A DNA stretch of 64,000 bases from Patescibacteria group bacterium. Lineage in GTDB: Bacteria > Patescibacteriota > Microgenomatia > UBA8517. The notes below the pieces were generated by a model, which did no database searches, was not told the DNA's origin, and was given only the letters and a program-made list of their open reading frames with translations. Of this stretch, positions 1 to 10,154 are shown piece by piece. Each line of letters opens with the position of its first letter. The stretch's first letter is position 1. The translations under genes and the position numbers were made by a program. Location of the stretch: contig AP024680.1 of the NCBI GenBank assembly GCA_025999275.1, positions 492,522-556,521 on the forward strand. Direction: 5' to 3'.

Positions 1-2
1 AA

Positions 3-911
3 ATGAAAAGAGGAGTTCACAAGCCAGTATTGGCTAAAGAGATTATAAGTTTTCTTGATCTTTATAAATTTGCACATTCAAAAATAAGGGGCAAGCTGAT
101 AGATGCAACTTTTGGTCTTGGTGGATATGAGGTTCTAATGAAAGATCTAAATTTGGATATTCTGGGAATAGAGATCGATCAGAAGACACTAAAAGAAGCT
201 AAAGCAAGGATTGATAATTTGAATGATAAGAAATTTGACCTCCATTTGGTGCAGGGAAATTTCAGAAATATTTTGTCTATTGCTAGGAATGCTGGTTTTG
301 ACCAAGTTGATGCAATAATATTTGATTTAGGGATTTCAAGTTTTCAGCTAGAGTCTGAAGGGTATGGTCTTTCCTTTAAGTTCCCAGAAAGTCCACTTGA
401 TATGAGACTTGATAAAGGTAGTCAGATAACTGCCGCTGATTTGTTAAATACATTAAGTCAGAAGCAGCTTGAGAGTCTTTTTGGGGTTGTTCTTAACAGG
501 AGTGTCTCTGGTAGGGTTGCAAGAGAGGTAGTAGACAGAAGAAAAAAAATAAGCTTTTCAAAAGTTGCAGATTTATTAGATTTAGCTGAAAGGGTTATGG
601 GAAAAAAAGGAAAATTACATCCAGCTACTAAGATTTTTTTAGCTTTGAGAATGGCTGTTAACAGTGAGTTAGAAAATCTTAGCATGAGCTTGCCTGATTC
701 TTTTTCTCTGTTGAAAAAAAATGGAAGACTGGCGGTTGTGAGTTTTCATTCTTTAGAAGACAGAGTTGTTAAAAATTTCTTTAGAAAGGTTTTAAAGGAA
801 GATAAAGCTAGATTGTTAACTAAAAAACCTGTTTTACCTTCTGAGGATGAGGTTTTAGACAATCCTCGTTCCAGAAGCGCCAAACTAAGAGTTATTGAAA
901 AGATAATATGA
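3..911 (+). CDS. rsmH: 16S rRNA (cytosine1402-N4)-methyltransferase RsmH/MraW
   Basis: N-terminus 'HKPVL...DATFGLGGY' is the MraW signature; it sits at the head of the dcw cluster and overlaps the ftsL start. Confidence 0.85.
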   Translation: MKRGVHKPVLAKEIISFLDLYKFAHSKIRGKLIDATFGLGGYEVLMKDLNLDILGIEIDQKTLKEAKARIDNLNDKKFDLHLVQGNFRNILSIARNAGFDQVDAIIFDLGISSFQLESEGYGLSFKFPESPLDMRLDKGSQITAADLLNTLSQKQLESLFGVVLNRSVSGRVAREVVDRRKKISFSKVADLLDLAERVMGKKGKLHPATKIFLALRMAVNSELENLSMSLPDSFSLLKKNGRLAVVSFHSLEDRVVKNFFRKVLKEDKARLLTKKPVLPSEDEVLDNPRSRSAKLRVIEKII

Positions 912-1246
912 AAATTAAACGACATTATTTACAAGGTTGTAGTTGGCGAAGGGGTAAGAAAATTAATAAACCCCTAAGCATTAGATTTTTATTGATTGTT
1001 TTGTGTTTGGTTGGTATGGTTGGAAGTGTAATGTTTGCTGTCCAGATAGCTTTTGCAAGTTCTAAGGTTATATTTTTGGAGAATGAAGAAAGAAAAATTG
1101 TAAGTGAAAATAAAGAGTTGGAAGAAAAACTAATAAAAGGTAACTCATTAATTGGTTTAACTTCAAAAGCTAACGATTTGGGTTTTTCTAATTTTGTTGA
1201 GATCGTATATCTTAACCAGGAAAAAGCAATGGCAAAACTTCCTTAG
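908..1246 (+). CDS. ftsL: FtsL-like cell division protein (single TM plus coiled coil)
   Basis: Small bitopic protein with one hydrophobic helix and a charged coiled-coil segment, in the conserved position between rsmH and ftsI. Start overlaps the rsmH stop. Confidence 0.5.
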   Translation: MKIKRHYLQGCSWRRGKKINKPLSIRFLLIVLCLVGMVGSVMFAVQIAFASSKVIFLENEERKIVSENKELEEKLIKGNSLIGLTSKANDLGFSNFVEIVYLNQEKAMAKLP

Positions 1247-1256
1247 CTAATATGTT

Positions 1257-2978
1257 ATGGACTTTAGAATCAGAATAACTAGTTTTTTCTTTTTGCTTTT
1301 ATTTTTAGCTGTGGTATTAAGACTTCTTTTTTGGCAGGTTATTAAAGCGGATGAATTGGTCGAAAGAGGTAAAATGCAATACCAAAGTAATGGTGAGATT
1401 TTGGCTAGTAGGGGTAACATCTTAGCTGACGATGGATCTTATCTAGCTGCAACTAGTGACGGTTGGACTATTTATGCTTATAAGCCTGAGATTAAGGAAG
1501 ATTTTAGTAAATTAGCTTCTCTTCTTGCTCCGTTTCTAGCAAGTCTTGAAGACAAAAAAGATACAACTGAAGATCCAGTCAAAAAGGAAAAAGAAAAATT
1601 GATGGCTTTGTTTTCTGATAAGAGTGTTAATTGGTTTCCTTTGGCTTCCAGAATAGATAATGAAACTAAGAAGAATATTGAAGCAATGAAATTATCTGGT
1701 ATAAATTTTGAACACCAGGATTTAAGGGTTTATCCGGAGGCTTCTAGTTCTGCTCACATTTTAGGCTTTGTGGGTAAGGATGATAAAGGTTTTGACAAGG
1801 GTTATTTTGGTCTTGAAGGGTATTATGATTTGATTTTGTCTTCAAGAAAAGGTTATCAGTCAAGGGAAACAGATGCTTTGGGAGGCTTGATGTTTTCTAA
1901 TTGGATAAAAGAGGTAGATGCTCAAGAAGGAATTGATTTGCAAACGAACATTAATAAAGGTTTGCAACTTAGAGTTGAAGAGAAATTGAAGGAAGGAATT
2001 GAAAGATATGGTGCTAAAGGAGGAACGGTGATCATAATGGAACCTAAAACCGGTGCAATTAAAGCTATGGCTTCTTTTCCGTCTTATGATCCGTTTTATT
2101 ATTTTAAGTATGGAGATAATTTTTTTAGGAACCCAGCAGTTTCGAACTCTTTTGAACCAGGATCTGTTTTTAAGGTGATAGTTATGGCTTCAGCTCTTGA
2201 TGCAGGAGTGGTTGAGCCGGAAACAAGATGTGATATCTGTGGTGAGCCTTTGAAGATTGATAAGTATTACATTAATACTTGGAATAACAAGTATCATCCC
2301 GATTCAACGATGACTGATGTAATAGTGAACTCTGATAATGTAGGTATGTCTTTTGTGGCGTTTAGGTTAGGCAAAGAGAGAATGTTTGATTATCTTAGTA
2401 AATTTGGAATAGGAAAATTAACAGGTATTGATTTGCAAGGGGAAATAGCACCTCCTTTGAGGCAAAAGGGCGAGTGGAGTGAAGTTGATCTGGCTACTTC
2501 TTCTTTTGGTCAAGGAATAGCTGTAACACCCATTCAGTTGGTAAAAGCAGTTGGGGCGATCGCTAATAGAGGAATAATAGTTAAACCTCAGGTTGTTAGT
2601 AAGCTTTTATCAGGTAGTGTAATTAAAGAAATTAAACCAGAAATTGAAGGTAGGGTTATAAGTGAGGAAGCGGCTATTAAAATAACGGCAATGATGGCTG
2701 AAGCAGCCAAAAATGGGGAGTCTAAATGGACATATTCAAAGGGTTTTAGAGTGGCAGGAAAGACTGGAACTGCTCAAATTCCGATTGCTGGGCATTATGA
2801 CCCAGAAAAGACAATGGCCTCTTTTATTGGTTTTGCTCCGTATGATGATCCAAAGTTTGTCATGCTTGTTACCTTAAGCGAGCCTTCTTCTTCACCATGG
2901 GCCTCTGAAACAGCAGCTCCTCTTTGGTATAGTATTGCCAAAGATTTATTTCTTTTCTATGGGATTCATCCTAACTAA
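1257..2978 (+). CDS. ftsI: Penicillin-binding protein, class B transpeptidase (FtsI/PBP2 family)
   Basis: N-terminal TM anchor plus transpeptidase motifs SxxK ('GSVFKV'), SxN ('NSDNVG') and KTG ('AGKTGTA'). Confidence 0.85.
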   Translation: MDFRIRITSFFFLLLFLAVVLRLLFWQVIKADELVERGKMQYQSNGEILASRGNILADDGSYLAATSDGWTIYAYKPEIKEDFSKLASLLAPFLASLEDKKDTTEDPVKKEKEKLMALFSDKSVNWFPLASRIDNETKKNIEAMKLSGINFEHQDLRVYPEASSSAHILGFVGKDDKGFDKGYFGLEGYYDLILSSRKGYQSRETDALGGLMFSNWIKEVDAQEGIDLQTNINKGLQLRVEEKLKEGIERYGAKGGTVIIMEPKTGAIKAMASFPSYDPFYYFKYGDNFFRNPAVSNSFEPGSVFKVIVMASALDAGVVEPETRCDICGEPLKIDKYYINTWNNKYHPDSTMTDVIVNSDNVGMSFVAFRLGKERMFDYLSKFGIGKLTGIDLQGEIAPPLRQKGEWSEVDLATSSFGQGIAVTPIQLVKAVGAIANRGIIVKPQVVSKLLSGSVIKEIKPEIEGRVISEEAAIKITAMMAEAAKNGESKWTYSKGFRVAGKTGTAQIPIAGHYDPEKTMASFIGFAPYDDPKFVMLVTLSEPSSSPWASETAAPLWYSIAKDLFLFYGIHPN

Positions 2979-3611
2979 TTAAAGTTAAGAACTAACTATC
3001 TTTGGGTATAAATTTTTATTCAGTATTGACTAATATTACTTGTTAGTACCTAGATTTTAATCAATTGTTGAAACATATTCTCTGAAAAAAGTATAAACAA
3101 GGAGTATAAAAAATATGTTCGTTTTGGAGAATAAAATTATTGAAGCTAGTTTTTTCTAGATATTTTAAATTTGATGTATAAGAAACTTACTCAGAGGTAT
3201 AATTTTGATAGTTGTTTTTAGCAATGTCAGAGAAGTAGGTAAGACTTAAAGACCTTTTAATTGAGAAGGGATAGTGTCTGGTTTTGCAAACAAGATTATC
3301 TTAGCAGTTAAAAAATACAAGGAGTGAATTGATTAGGATAAATAAGCAGATTACAAGAACTACCAAAGGTTATGGTTTGAACTATTTAAGGTAGGGAATA
3401 GGTGTAATTTATTTTGCGGTAATCAAGTTAGCAAAGAAGGAAAATGCGATTGCTATTTGTGGAAAGGCAAATGAGAAAAGTATCTGTCTTGGGGACACTT
3501 AATATATGTGTTCTGGTAAAATAACTTTCAAAATGGCTATTCGAGGTTGGGTATCTGCTTATGGTAAACCAATGGTCCAATAATATATAATAAATCTGAT
3601 TCTAGTTATCA

Positions 3612-4667
3612 ATGGAAAATTATTTGACACTTTTTTTAGGTTTGCTAATTTTTTCATTCGTTATTACAAGTATATTGGTTGTTCCTTTTATTAATTTACT
3701 TTATAAACTTAAACTTCAGCGTCGAAAGGAAGCGCCGAAAAAAGGAAAAGTGCCCCTTTTTGACAAACTTCATGATATTAAGGCCGGTACACCTATCGGT
3801 GGTGGAATACTTATAATCTTGGTAGTTTTTATTCTTTTTGCTTTTGTTTTTCCTTTTTCATCTCGAATGGGGGTTTATATCAGGTCTGCTTATAATTTAA
3901 AGTCAGAACTTTTTGTAATATTATTTACTTTTTTGTCTTTCGGGGTATTGGGGTTTTTAGACGATGTGGTAAAGATATTTGGTGAGGGTAGAAGAGGAGT
4001 TAGGCCTTTAGGAATAGCCTATGGATTGACTAGATTTCAAAAATTTGTTTTGCAGTGGATATTGGCGGGCATAGTTTCTTTCTTTCTTTATTTTAAGATG
4101 GGAATTAGCATAATTCATATACCATTTGTTTCTATGACTTTGAATTTAGGTTTTTGGTATGTTCCTTTTGCCGCTTTTTTGATTGTTCTTTTCTCAAATG
4201 CCTATAACATTACAGATGGGCTTGATGGTTTGGCGGCTGGTCTTTTGGTTATTTCTTTGGGAGTTTTTGCAGTTATTGCTAGTGGAAATTTAGATGCACC
4301 TCTATCTGTCTTTATTGCTTTGTGGATAGGTTCTCTGATTGCCTTTTTATATTTTAATGTCTGGCCCGCAAGGATCTTTCTTGGTGACTCTGGAGCTCTT
4401 TCTTTTGGGGCTACTTTGGCTGTAATTGGTCTTCTAACAGGGTCGGTATTTGCTCTCTTTTTGGTTGGAGCAATTTATTTATTGGAAACTATTTCTTCTG
4501 CAATCCAAATCTTTGGTTGGAAGTTCTTGAAAAGACCGATTTTTCTTATCGCTCCAGCGCATCACATTTTTTTGGCTAAAGGTTGGGAGGAACCAAAGAT
4601 TGTTACAAGAGCTTGGCTTGCTGGTTTGATACTTGCGGTTTTTGCTCTTTGGCTTTCTACAATCTAA
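3612..4667 (+). CDS. mraY: Phospho-N-acetylmuramoyl-pentapeptide transferase MraY
   Basis: Polytopic membrane protein with 'NAYNITDGLDGLAAG' and 'PARIFLGDSGALS' motifs of the MraY/WecA family. Confidence 0.9.
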   Translation: MENYLTLFLGLLIFSFVITSILVVPFINLLYKLKLQRRKEAPKKGKVPLFDKLHDIKAGTPIGGGILIILVVFILFAFVFPFSSRMGVYIRSAYNLKSELFVILFTFLSFGVLGFLDDVVKIFGEGRRGVRPLGIAYGLTRFQKFVLQWILAGIVSFFLYFKMGISIIHIPFVSMTLNLGFWYVPFAAFLIVLFSNAYNITDGLDGLAAGLLVISLGVFAVIASGNLDAPLSVFIALWIGSLIAFLYFNVWPARIFLGDSGALSFGATLAVIGLLTGSVFALFLVGAIYLLETISSAIQIFGWKFLKRPIFLIAPAHHIFLAKGWEEPKIVTRAWLAGLILAVFALWLSTI

Positions 4668-4679
4668 TTTTTCCTTCTC

Positions 4680-5813
4680 ATGGTTATTAAAAGAATAAAA
4701 AATAATTTTGACTGGCAGTTTCTAGTTATTGTTTTAATATTGACTTTTTTAGGTTTAGTTTTTATTGCTGATGCTTCAGCTCCTCAAGCCTTGAAATTTT
4801 TTGGTGATAGATTTTATTTTGTTAAACAGCAGGTAGTTTGGGCTTTGTTTGGGTTTGTTTTTCTTTTGTTGTTTTCTAATATTAATTATAAGATTTGGTC
4901 AAAGCTTTCAGTTTTTATTTTTGCTTTTAGTATTTTTCTTTTGATTTTAGTGATTACACCCTGGTTTGGTTTTAAGGCATTAGGTGCCAGTAGGCGAATT
5001 GTCCTTGGCTCTTTTGGGTTTCAGCCTTCAGAGTTGGTAAAATTCAGTTTAGTGCTTTATTTTGCTAAGCTAGCAGAGTCAAGAAAAGGTTTTTTTGCTT
5101 ATATATTGCCCTTATTTATTGTGTGTTTTTTGATAATGCTTCAGCCTGATTTGGGGACAACATTAGTAGTTGCTGCAATTGGTACGGCTCAAATATTTGT
5201 TGCTGGTGTGAGTGCTGTTAAATTTTTGGGTTTGTTAATCTTATCTTCTTTTTTGGGTTTTGCCTTAATTTGGTTTTCTGATTATCGTCGAGATCGTCTT
5301 CTGACTTTTTTAAAGCAAGTAACAGATCCTCTTGGAAAGTCTTATCATATCAGCCAAATTTTAATTTCTTTAGGTTTAGGAGGTTTTTGGGGAGTCGGAT
5401 TGGGTGAATCAAGGCAAAAGTATCTCTTTTTACCTGAGGCAGCAACCGACTCTATTTTTGCAATAATAGCTGAAGAGATAGGGTTTGTTGGTAGCGTTGT
5501 TTTGATAGGTCTTTTTCTTTATTTAATCTATCGAGGTTTTAAGATTGCAGTCTTGTCTTCTGATATTTTTGCTAAGATGACAGCTTTTGGTTTTACGGTC
5601 TGGATAGCCTCTCAAGCTTTTCTCAATTTAGCCTCAATGACATCCTTAACACCTTTGACTGGTATTCCTTTACCGTTTATATCTTATGGGGGCTCATCTT
5701 TAATAATGATTTTAATGTCAGCAGGTATAGTTCTGAATATTTCTAAATATCAGAATTTGGATTTATCAAGAATGGTGGGTCGTAAATTAATTAGAAAGAA
5801 AAACAAAAAATGA
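4680..5813 (+). CDS. ftsW: SEDS-family peptidoglycan glycosyltransferase FtsW
   Basis: About 10 TM segments and SEDS conserved segments ('PSE..K', 'DSIFA..AEE.GF.G'). Positioned between mraY and murG. Confidence 0.8.
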   Translation: MVIKRIKNNFDWQFLVIVLILTFLGLVFIADASAPQALKFFGDRFYFVKQQVVWALFGFVFLLLFSNINYKIWSKLSVFIFAFSIFLLILVITPWFGFKALGASRRIVLGSFGFQPSELVKFSLVLYFAKLAESRKGFFAYILPLFIVCFLIMLQPDLGTTLVVAAIGTAQIFVAGVSAVKFLGLLILSSFLGFALIWFSDYRRDRLLTFLKQVTDPLGKSYHISQILISLGLGGFWGVGLGESRQKYLFLPEAATDSIFAIIAEEIGFVGSVVLIGLFLYLIYRGFKIAVLSSDIFAKMTAFGFTVWIASQAFLNLASMTSLTPLTGIPLPFISYGGSSLIMILMSAGIVLNISKYQNLDLSRMVGRKLIRKKNKK

Positions 5814-6916
5814 GAAAAGTTCTTTTAACTGGTGGCCATGCAGCTACAACAGCTATAGCAGTTGTGGAGGAGATTATCAGGCGGTATCAAAACCAGCCGG
5901 TTGAGATTTATTGGATAGGGGTTAAGAATGCTTTTGAGGGTAAGGATGTACCAACTCTTGAGTCGGTGCATTTTTCAAAATTAGGGATAAAAACTCATTT
6001 TATTTTAACTGGCAGGTTGCAAAGGAGGTTTGGTCTTTGGACGATTCCTTCTTTAATTAAAATCCCCTTTGGTTTTTTGCAATCTCTTTTACTGCTGATC
6101 AAAATTAGACCAGATGTTATTGTATCTTTTGGTGGTTTTGCTGCATTTCCGGTGGTTTTGATGGGCAAGATTTTAGGAATCCCGTCTATTCTTCATGAAC
6201 AGACAGCAGCAGCAGGCAGAGCTAATCTTTTTTCAGCTCCTTTTGTTAAGAAAATTGCTTTAGCAAGAAAGGAAAGTCTTAAATATTTTGATTCAAATAA
6301 ATCTGTAGTAGTTGGTAATCCGGTGATGACACAAATTTTTGAAGTTTACCCAAAGGAGAAAATTTCGAGTCCACCAGTAATTTATATTACTGGTGGTTCT
6401 AGGGGTTCAAACGCCATTAATGAAAATGTTTTACCCATCTTAGAAGAGCTTTTACAAAAATTTTATCTTATACATCAAACGGGATTGATTGATTATCCTC
6501 GGCTTAAAAGGATTAGAGATAAACTTCCTAGAAATTTGCAGTCAAGGTATGAAGTTTATTCTGTTATTGATCCAATGCAGGTAGATGGTGTTTACAGAAG
6601 AGCTGACATAGTTATTGCTCGTGCTGGTGCAAATACAGTGGCTGAGATTATGGTTGTTAAAAGGCCCTCGATTCTTATTCCAATACCATTTTCCTATCTT
6701 GATGAGCAGACTAAAAATGCTCTTTTAGCCAAGGATTTTGGAATAGCGAAAATCTTAAAACAAGATAATCTTTCTCCTCAGAAGCTTATCGAGGAGATAG
6801 AAGATATTTATTCTAATTGGGAGACTTATGTAAAAAGAAGTCTAGAAAAGGATAGCCCTGATTTAAAAGCAAGTAGCAATTTTGTTGATTTTATAGAAAA
6901 AGTATGCAATGAGTAA
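5810..6916 (+). CDS. murG: UDP-GlcNAc:undecaprenyl-PP-MurNAc-pentapeptide GlcNAc transferase MurG
   Basis: GT28 architecture with an N-terminal 'LLTGGHAATT' glycine-rich loop and a C-terminal 'ITGGSRGS' donor-binding loop. Conserved dcw position. Confidence 0.8.
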   Translation: MRKVLLTGGHAATTAIAVVEEIIRRYQNQPVEIYWIGVKNAFEGKDVPTLESVHFSKLGIKTHFILTGRLQRRFGLWTIPSLIKIPFGFLQSLLLLIKIRPDVIVSFGGFAAFPVVLMGKILGIPSILHEQTAAAGRANLFSAPFVKKIALARKESLKYFDSNKSVVVGNPVMTQIFEVYPKEKISSPPVIYITGGSRGSNAINENVLPILEELLQKFYLIHQTGLIDYPRLKRIRDKLPRNLQSRYEVYSVIDPMQVDGVYRRADIVIARAGANTVAEIMVVKRPSILIPIPFSYLDEQTKNALLAKDFGIAKILKQDNLSPQKLIEEIEDIYSNWETYVKRSLEKDSPDLKASSNFVDFIEKVCNE

Positions 6917-7607
6917 AAGGAAATTAGCTTATATATTTTTGACTATTCTTTTGTTGTCTATTTTTATTTTTCCTTATTTTCTGAAGGTACGTTCCGTTTC
7001 CTGTATTACTGAGGATGGCAACTGCTCTATGGAAATACTGGCAAATCTTGAGCAAGTTAAAGGTGATAGTTATTTTCAAGCGAAAAAAAAGGCAATTTCA
7101 TTTCTTTCCAAAAATCCTCTTGTGACTAGTTATAAGATTTATTTTAGTTTTCCAGATATATTTTTAGTTAAGGTTGGTTTAGTAAAAGTTAATTATATCT
7201 TAAAGAATTCTAAGATTGGCTCATTTTATCTTATTAATAGTTTTGGTGAGGTTTTAGCTGAAAAAGGCGATATTGATAAAAGATCTTTTGTTGAAAGCGA
7301 ACTTTACGATCTTAAAATAGGTCAAAAAGTTGAAGATAAAGTCTTAACGGCAGTATCGGTATTTTCTTATCTTGATTATTTGTATAAAATTGATTATTCG
7401 AGACTTTTTGAAGATAGGCTAGAGGTTAAATTAAATAATGGCCCGGTTTTGATTTTGCCGGTGGAAGGGAAAGATGAAAGACTTGTGGCTGGCTCGGTTA
7501 GGTTTTTAGTTAATCAGCTTGAGAATAATTATGAAAAGTTTAGGCTTGATAAGTCTTATGATAATATTACAATAGATTTAAGATATAAAAATCCTATTTT
7601 GAAATAA
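6909..7607 (+). CDS. ftsQ: FtsQ/DivIB-like cell division protein (TM plus POTRA-like)
   Basis: N-terminal TM helix followed by a beta-rich domain. Sits between murG and ftsA as in dcw clusters. Confidence 0.5.
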   Translation: MSKRKLAYIFLTILLLSIFIFPYFLKVRSVSCITEDGNCSMEILANLEQVKGDSYFQAKKKAISFLSKNPLVTSYKIYFSFPDIFLVKVGLVKVNYILKNSKIGSFYLINSFGEVLAEKGDIDKRSFVESELYDLKIGQKVEDKVLTAVSVFSYLDYLYKIDYSRLFEDRLEVKLNNGPVLILPVEGKDERLVAGSVRFLVNQLENNYEKFRLDKSYDNITIDLRYKNPILK

Positions 7608-7608
7608 A

Positions 7609-8889
7609 ATGGCAAAGTCAAGAATAATTTCAGCTTTAGATTTGGGATCAAGCAAAATCACAACCATTATTGCTCAGGTAGATTTTTCTCAAGATATTTA
7701 TGAAAGTGGCATTGGGGTGGTTGGGGTTTCATCAGTTGACTCTAAAGGTATAAGAAAGGGTCAAATTATAAATATCGAGGAGGCGGTAGAATCGATAATC
7801 GAAAGTGTTGAGTCAGCGGAAAGAATGGCTGGTTACAATTTAAGTTCTGCTTATGTGGCTTTAGGTGGCGCGAGTATTTCTTCTCAGAATTCTCATGGGG
7901 TGGTTGCTATTTCTGATGCTGATGGTGAGATAAACGATTTGGATATAGAGCGGGTTATTGATGCGGCTTCAGCTATTTCCTTACCTGTATCAAGGGAGAT
8001 TATACATGTCATACCCAGAGAATTTACTGTTGACGGGGAAGGGGGGGTGAAAGATCCTATTGGGATGAGTGGGGTTAGGCTTGAAGTTGATACACATGTA
8101 ATTACTGCCTCAACAGCTTCGGTTAGAAATCTCAAGAAAGCTGTTGAAGAAGCTGGGGTGGGAATATCAGAAATAGTTTTTAGTGGTTTGGCGGCATCAG
8201 AAGCAGTAGCTACAAATACAGAAAAAGAACTAGGTTGCGTTGTGGTGGATATAGGGGGAGGAACTACTTCAATATGTGTTTTTGTGGATAATGCTTTGGC
8301 TTATTCGGGGGTTATACCCATTGGGGCAAAGAATGTTACTAACGACTTAGCTATAGGTTTAAGAATTTCTCTTGAATCAGCTGAGAGGATAAAGTTGCTT
8401 CTTTCGTCTTATGAGAAGAAAAAAGACAAGACGGAAGAGGTGTCTTTAACAGATAACTTAGATTTGAGCAAAGAGAATCTTGAGATTAAGAAAGTTTCGA
8501 GGAAGACTTTAGTGGAAGGTATTATAAGACCGCGTCTTAATGAGATATTTAGTATGGTTAGGCTTGAGCTTGATAAATACGGTCTTTTAGGAAAGACTCC
8601 TTCAGGAATCATTGTTACTGGTGGAGGAGCAGAAACGGTGGGGATAATTGAAAGTGCTAGAAGAATTTTGTCATTACCAGCAAGGATTGGTGTTCCCACA
8701 GGGGTAAGTGGTCTGGTTGATGATATTCTGTCTCCTGCCTATGCCGTTCCTGTTGGGCTTATAATTTATGCTTCAAAACAGGGTGAAGAAGAGGGTATGC
8801 CATTGACAAAATTAGGTAAAAAAATTAAATTACCAGTAAAGGGATCTTTTAGCAAGATTATTGAATCAATTAGAAATCTTCTGCCCTAA
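7609..8889 (+). CDS. ftsA: Cell division protein FtsA (actin-like ATPase)
   Basis: Actin-fold phosphate loops 'ALDLGSSKI' and 'VVDIGGGTT', and 'IVTGGGA'. Immediately upstream of ftsZ. Confidence 0.85.
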   Translation: MAKSRIISALDLGSSKITTIIAQVDFSQDIYESGIGVVGVSSVDSKGIRKGQIINIEEAVESIIESVESAERMAGYNLSSAYVALGGASISSQNSHGVVAISDADGEINDLDIERVIDAASAISLPVSREIIHVIPREFTVDGEGGVKDPIGMSGVRLEVDTHVITASTASVRNLKKAVEEAGVGISEIVFSGLAASEAVATNTEKELGCVVVDIGGGTTSICVFVDNALAYSGVIPIGAKNVTNDLAIGLRISLESAERIKLLLSSYEKKKDKTEEVSLTDNLDLSKENLEIKKVSRKTLVEGIIRPRLNEIFSMVRLELDKYGLLGKTPSGIIVTGGGAETVGIIESARRILSLPARIGVPTGVSGLVDDILSPAYAVPVGLIIYASKQGEEEGMPLTKLGKKIKLPVKGSFSKIIESIRNLLP

Positions 8890-8945
8890 AGAGAGGCAGT
8901 TGTGTTTATCTGTCCTCTATTATACAATCTGCCTATAATAATTTT

Positions 8946-10103
8946 ATGGCTCTAGTTAAACCAGATGAAGCAAGAATAGCAAAGATAAAAGTAGTTGGAG
9001 TTGGTGGTGGTGGTGGCAATGCTGTATCTTCGATGGCAGAGGAAAATTTAATAAAAGGAGTTGAATTTATAGTTGTTAATACTGATGCTCAAGTTTTACT
9101 CCAAAATAAAGCTCCTACAAAAATTCAAATAGGTGAGAAATTGACCAAAGGCTTGGGAGTTGGGGGAAATCCTGAAATTGGAAGGCAAGCAGCTGAAGAG
9201 TCTATAGAGAAAATAAAAGAGCTTTTGATTGATACAGATATGGTTTTTGTAACTGCAGGTATGGGGGGAGGAACAGGAACAGGAGCTTCTCCAATTATTG
9301 CCAGGGCAGCTCGTGAAGCAGGAGCACTAACGGTAGGTGTAGTTACAAAGCCCTTTGCTTTTGAGGGAACAAGAAGAGGAGTGATTGCTGAAGAAGGGAT
9401 AGAAAAGTTGCGTCAAGAGGTTGATACTTTGATTGTTATCCCCAACCAGCGTCTCATGGATGTTATTGATAAAAAGATGACTTTGGTTGAAGCATTCAAA
9501 CTAGCCGATTCTGTTTTGTCTCAAGCTGTTGGAGGAATTGCTGATATTATTACTACACCAGGACTTATTAATGTCGATTTTGCTGATGTTAAAACGATTA
9601 TGAAGGACGCGGGAACAGCACTTTTGGGAATTGGTACTGGAGTTGGGGAAAACAGAGCTCAGATGGCGGCTCGCGCAGCTATTTCTTCCCCACTTTTGGA
9701 TCTTTCAATAGAAGGAGCAAGAGGGGTGCTTTTCAACATTGCGGGTGGCAATGATTTAACAATGTTTGAGGTTAATGAAGCAGCAAAAATTATTTCCCAA
9801 TCGGCTGATGCAGATGCAAATATTATCTTTGGTGCAGTTATCAAGAACGACCTCAACGATCAGGTTAAAATTACTGTTATAGCCACTGGTTTTGATGAGA
9901 CTCAATCAAGACTTGCCTCTTTCTCAAAAGTTGGCAATGAGACAAGGGTAGAAGGAATAATTAGTGATACTATCAACAAAGCAGGAAAATCCGAAGCTGA
10001 AGATGAAGAAGAGAGTAGAGAGGTTGTTGATACTGGCGATGAAGACTCAGATGTTTTTGGCCAGAAATTCGAAATACCAGCTTTCTTGAGGAAGATTCAT
10101 TAG
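8946..10103 (+). CDS. ftsZ: Cell division GTPase FtsZ
   Basis: Tubulin signature '[10 protein letters not shown]', plus '[11 protein letters not shown]' and 'NTDAQ'. C-terminal acidic tail and conserved terminal peptide. Confidence 0.95.
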   Translation: MALVKPDEARIAKIKVVGVGGGGGNAVSSMAEENLIKGVEFIVVNTDAQVLLQNKAPTKIQIGEKLTKGLGVGGNPEIGRQAAEESIEKIKELLIDTDMVFVTAGMGGGTGTGASPIIARAAREAGALTVGVVTKPFAFEGTRRGVIAEEGIEKLRQEVDTLIVIPNQRLMDVIDKKMTLVEAFKLADSVLSQAVGGIADIITTPGLINVDFADVKTIMKDAGTALLGIGTGVGENRAQMAARAAISSPLLDLSIEGARGVLFNIAGGNDLTMFEVNEAAKIISQSADADANIIFGAVIKNDLNDQVKITVIATGFDETQSRLASFSKVGNETRVEGIISDTINKAGKSEAEDEEESREVVDTGDEDSDVFGQKFEIPAFLRKIH

Positions 10104-10154
10104 TTTAAATTTATCTTCTTTTTTGCCGTTTATGGTAGTAAAATATTTTAAATT

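Noticed and set aside
2979-3611. RNase P RNA / tmRNA / SRP RNA in the ftsI-mraY gap
   Set aside because: No P4-type 'AGGAAAGTCCGGGCTC', tmRNA 'GGGGCTGATTCTGGATTCGACG' or SRP domain-IV hallmarks are visible. The gap is kept only as an unexplained non-coding region.
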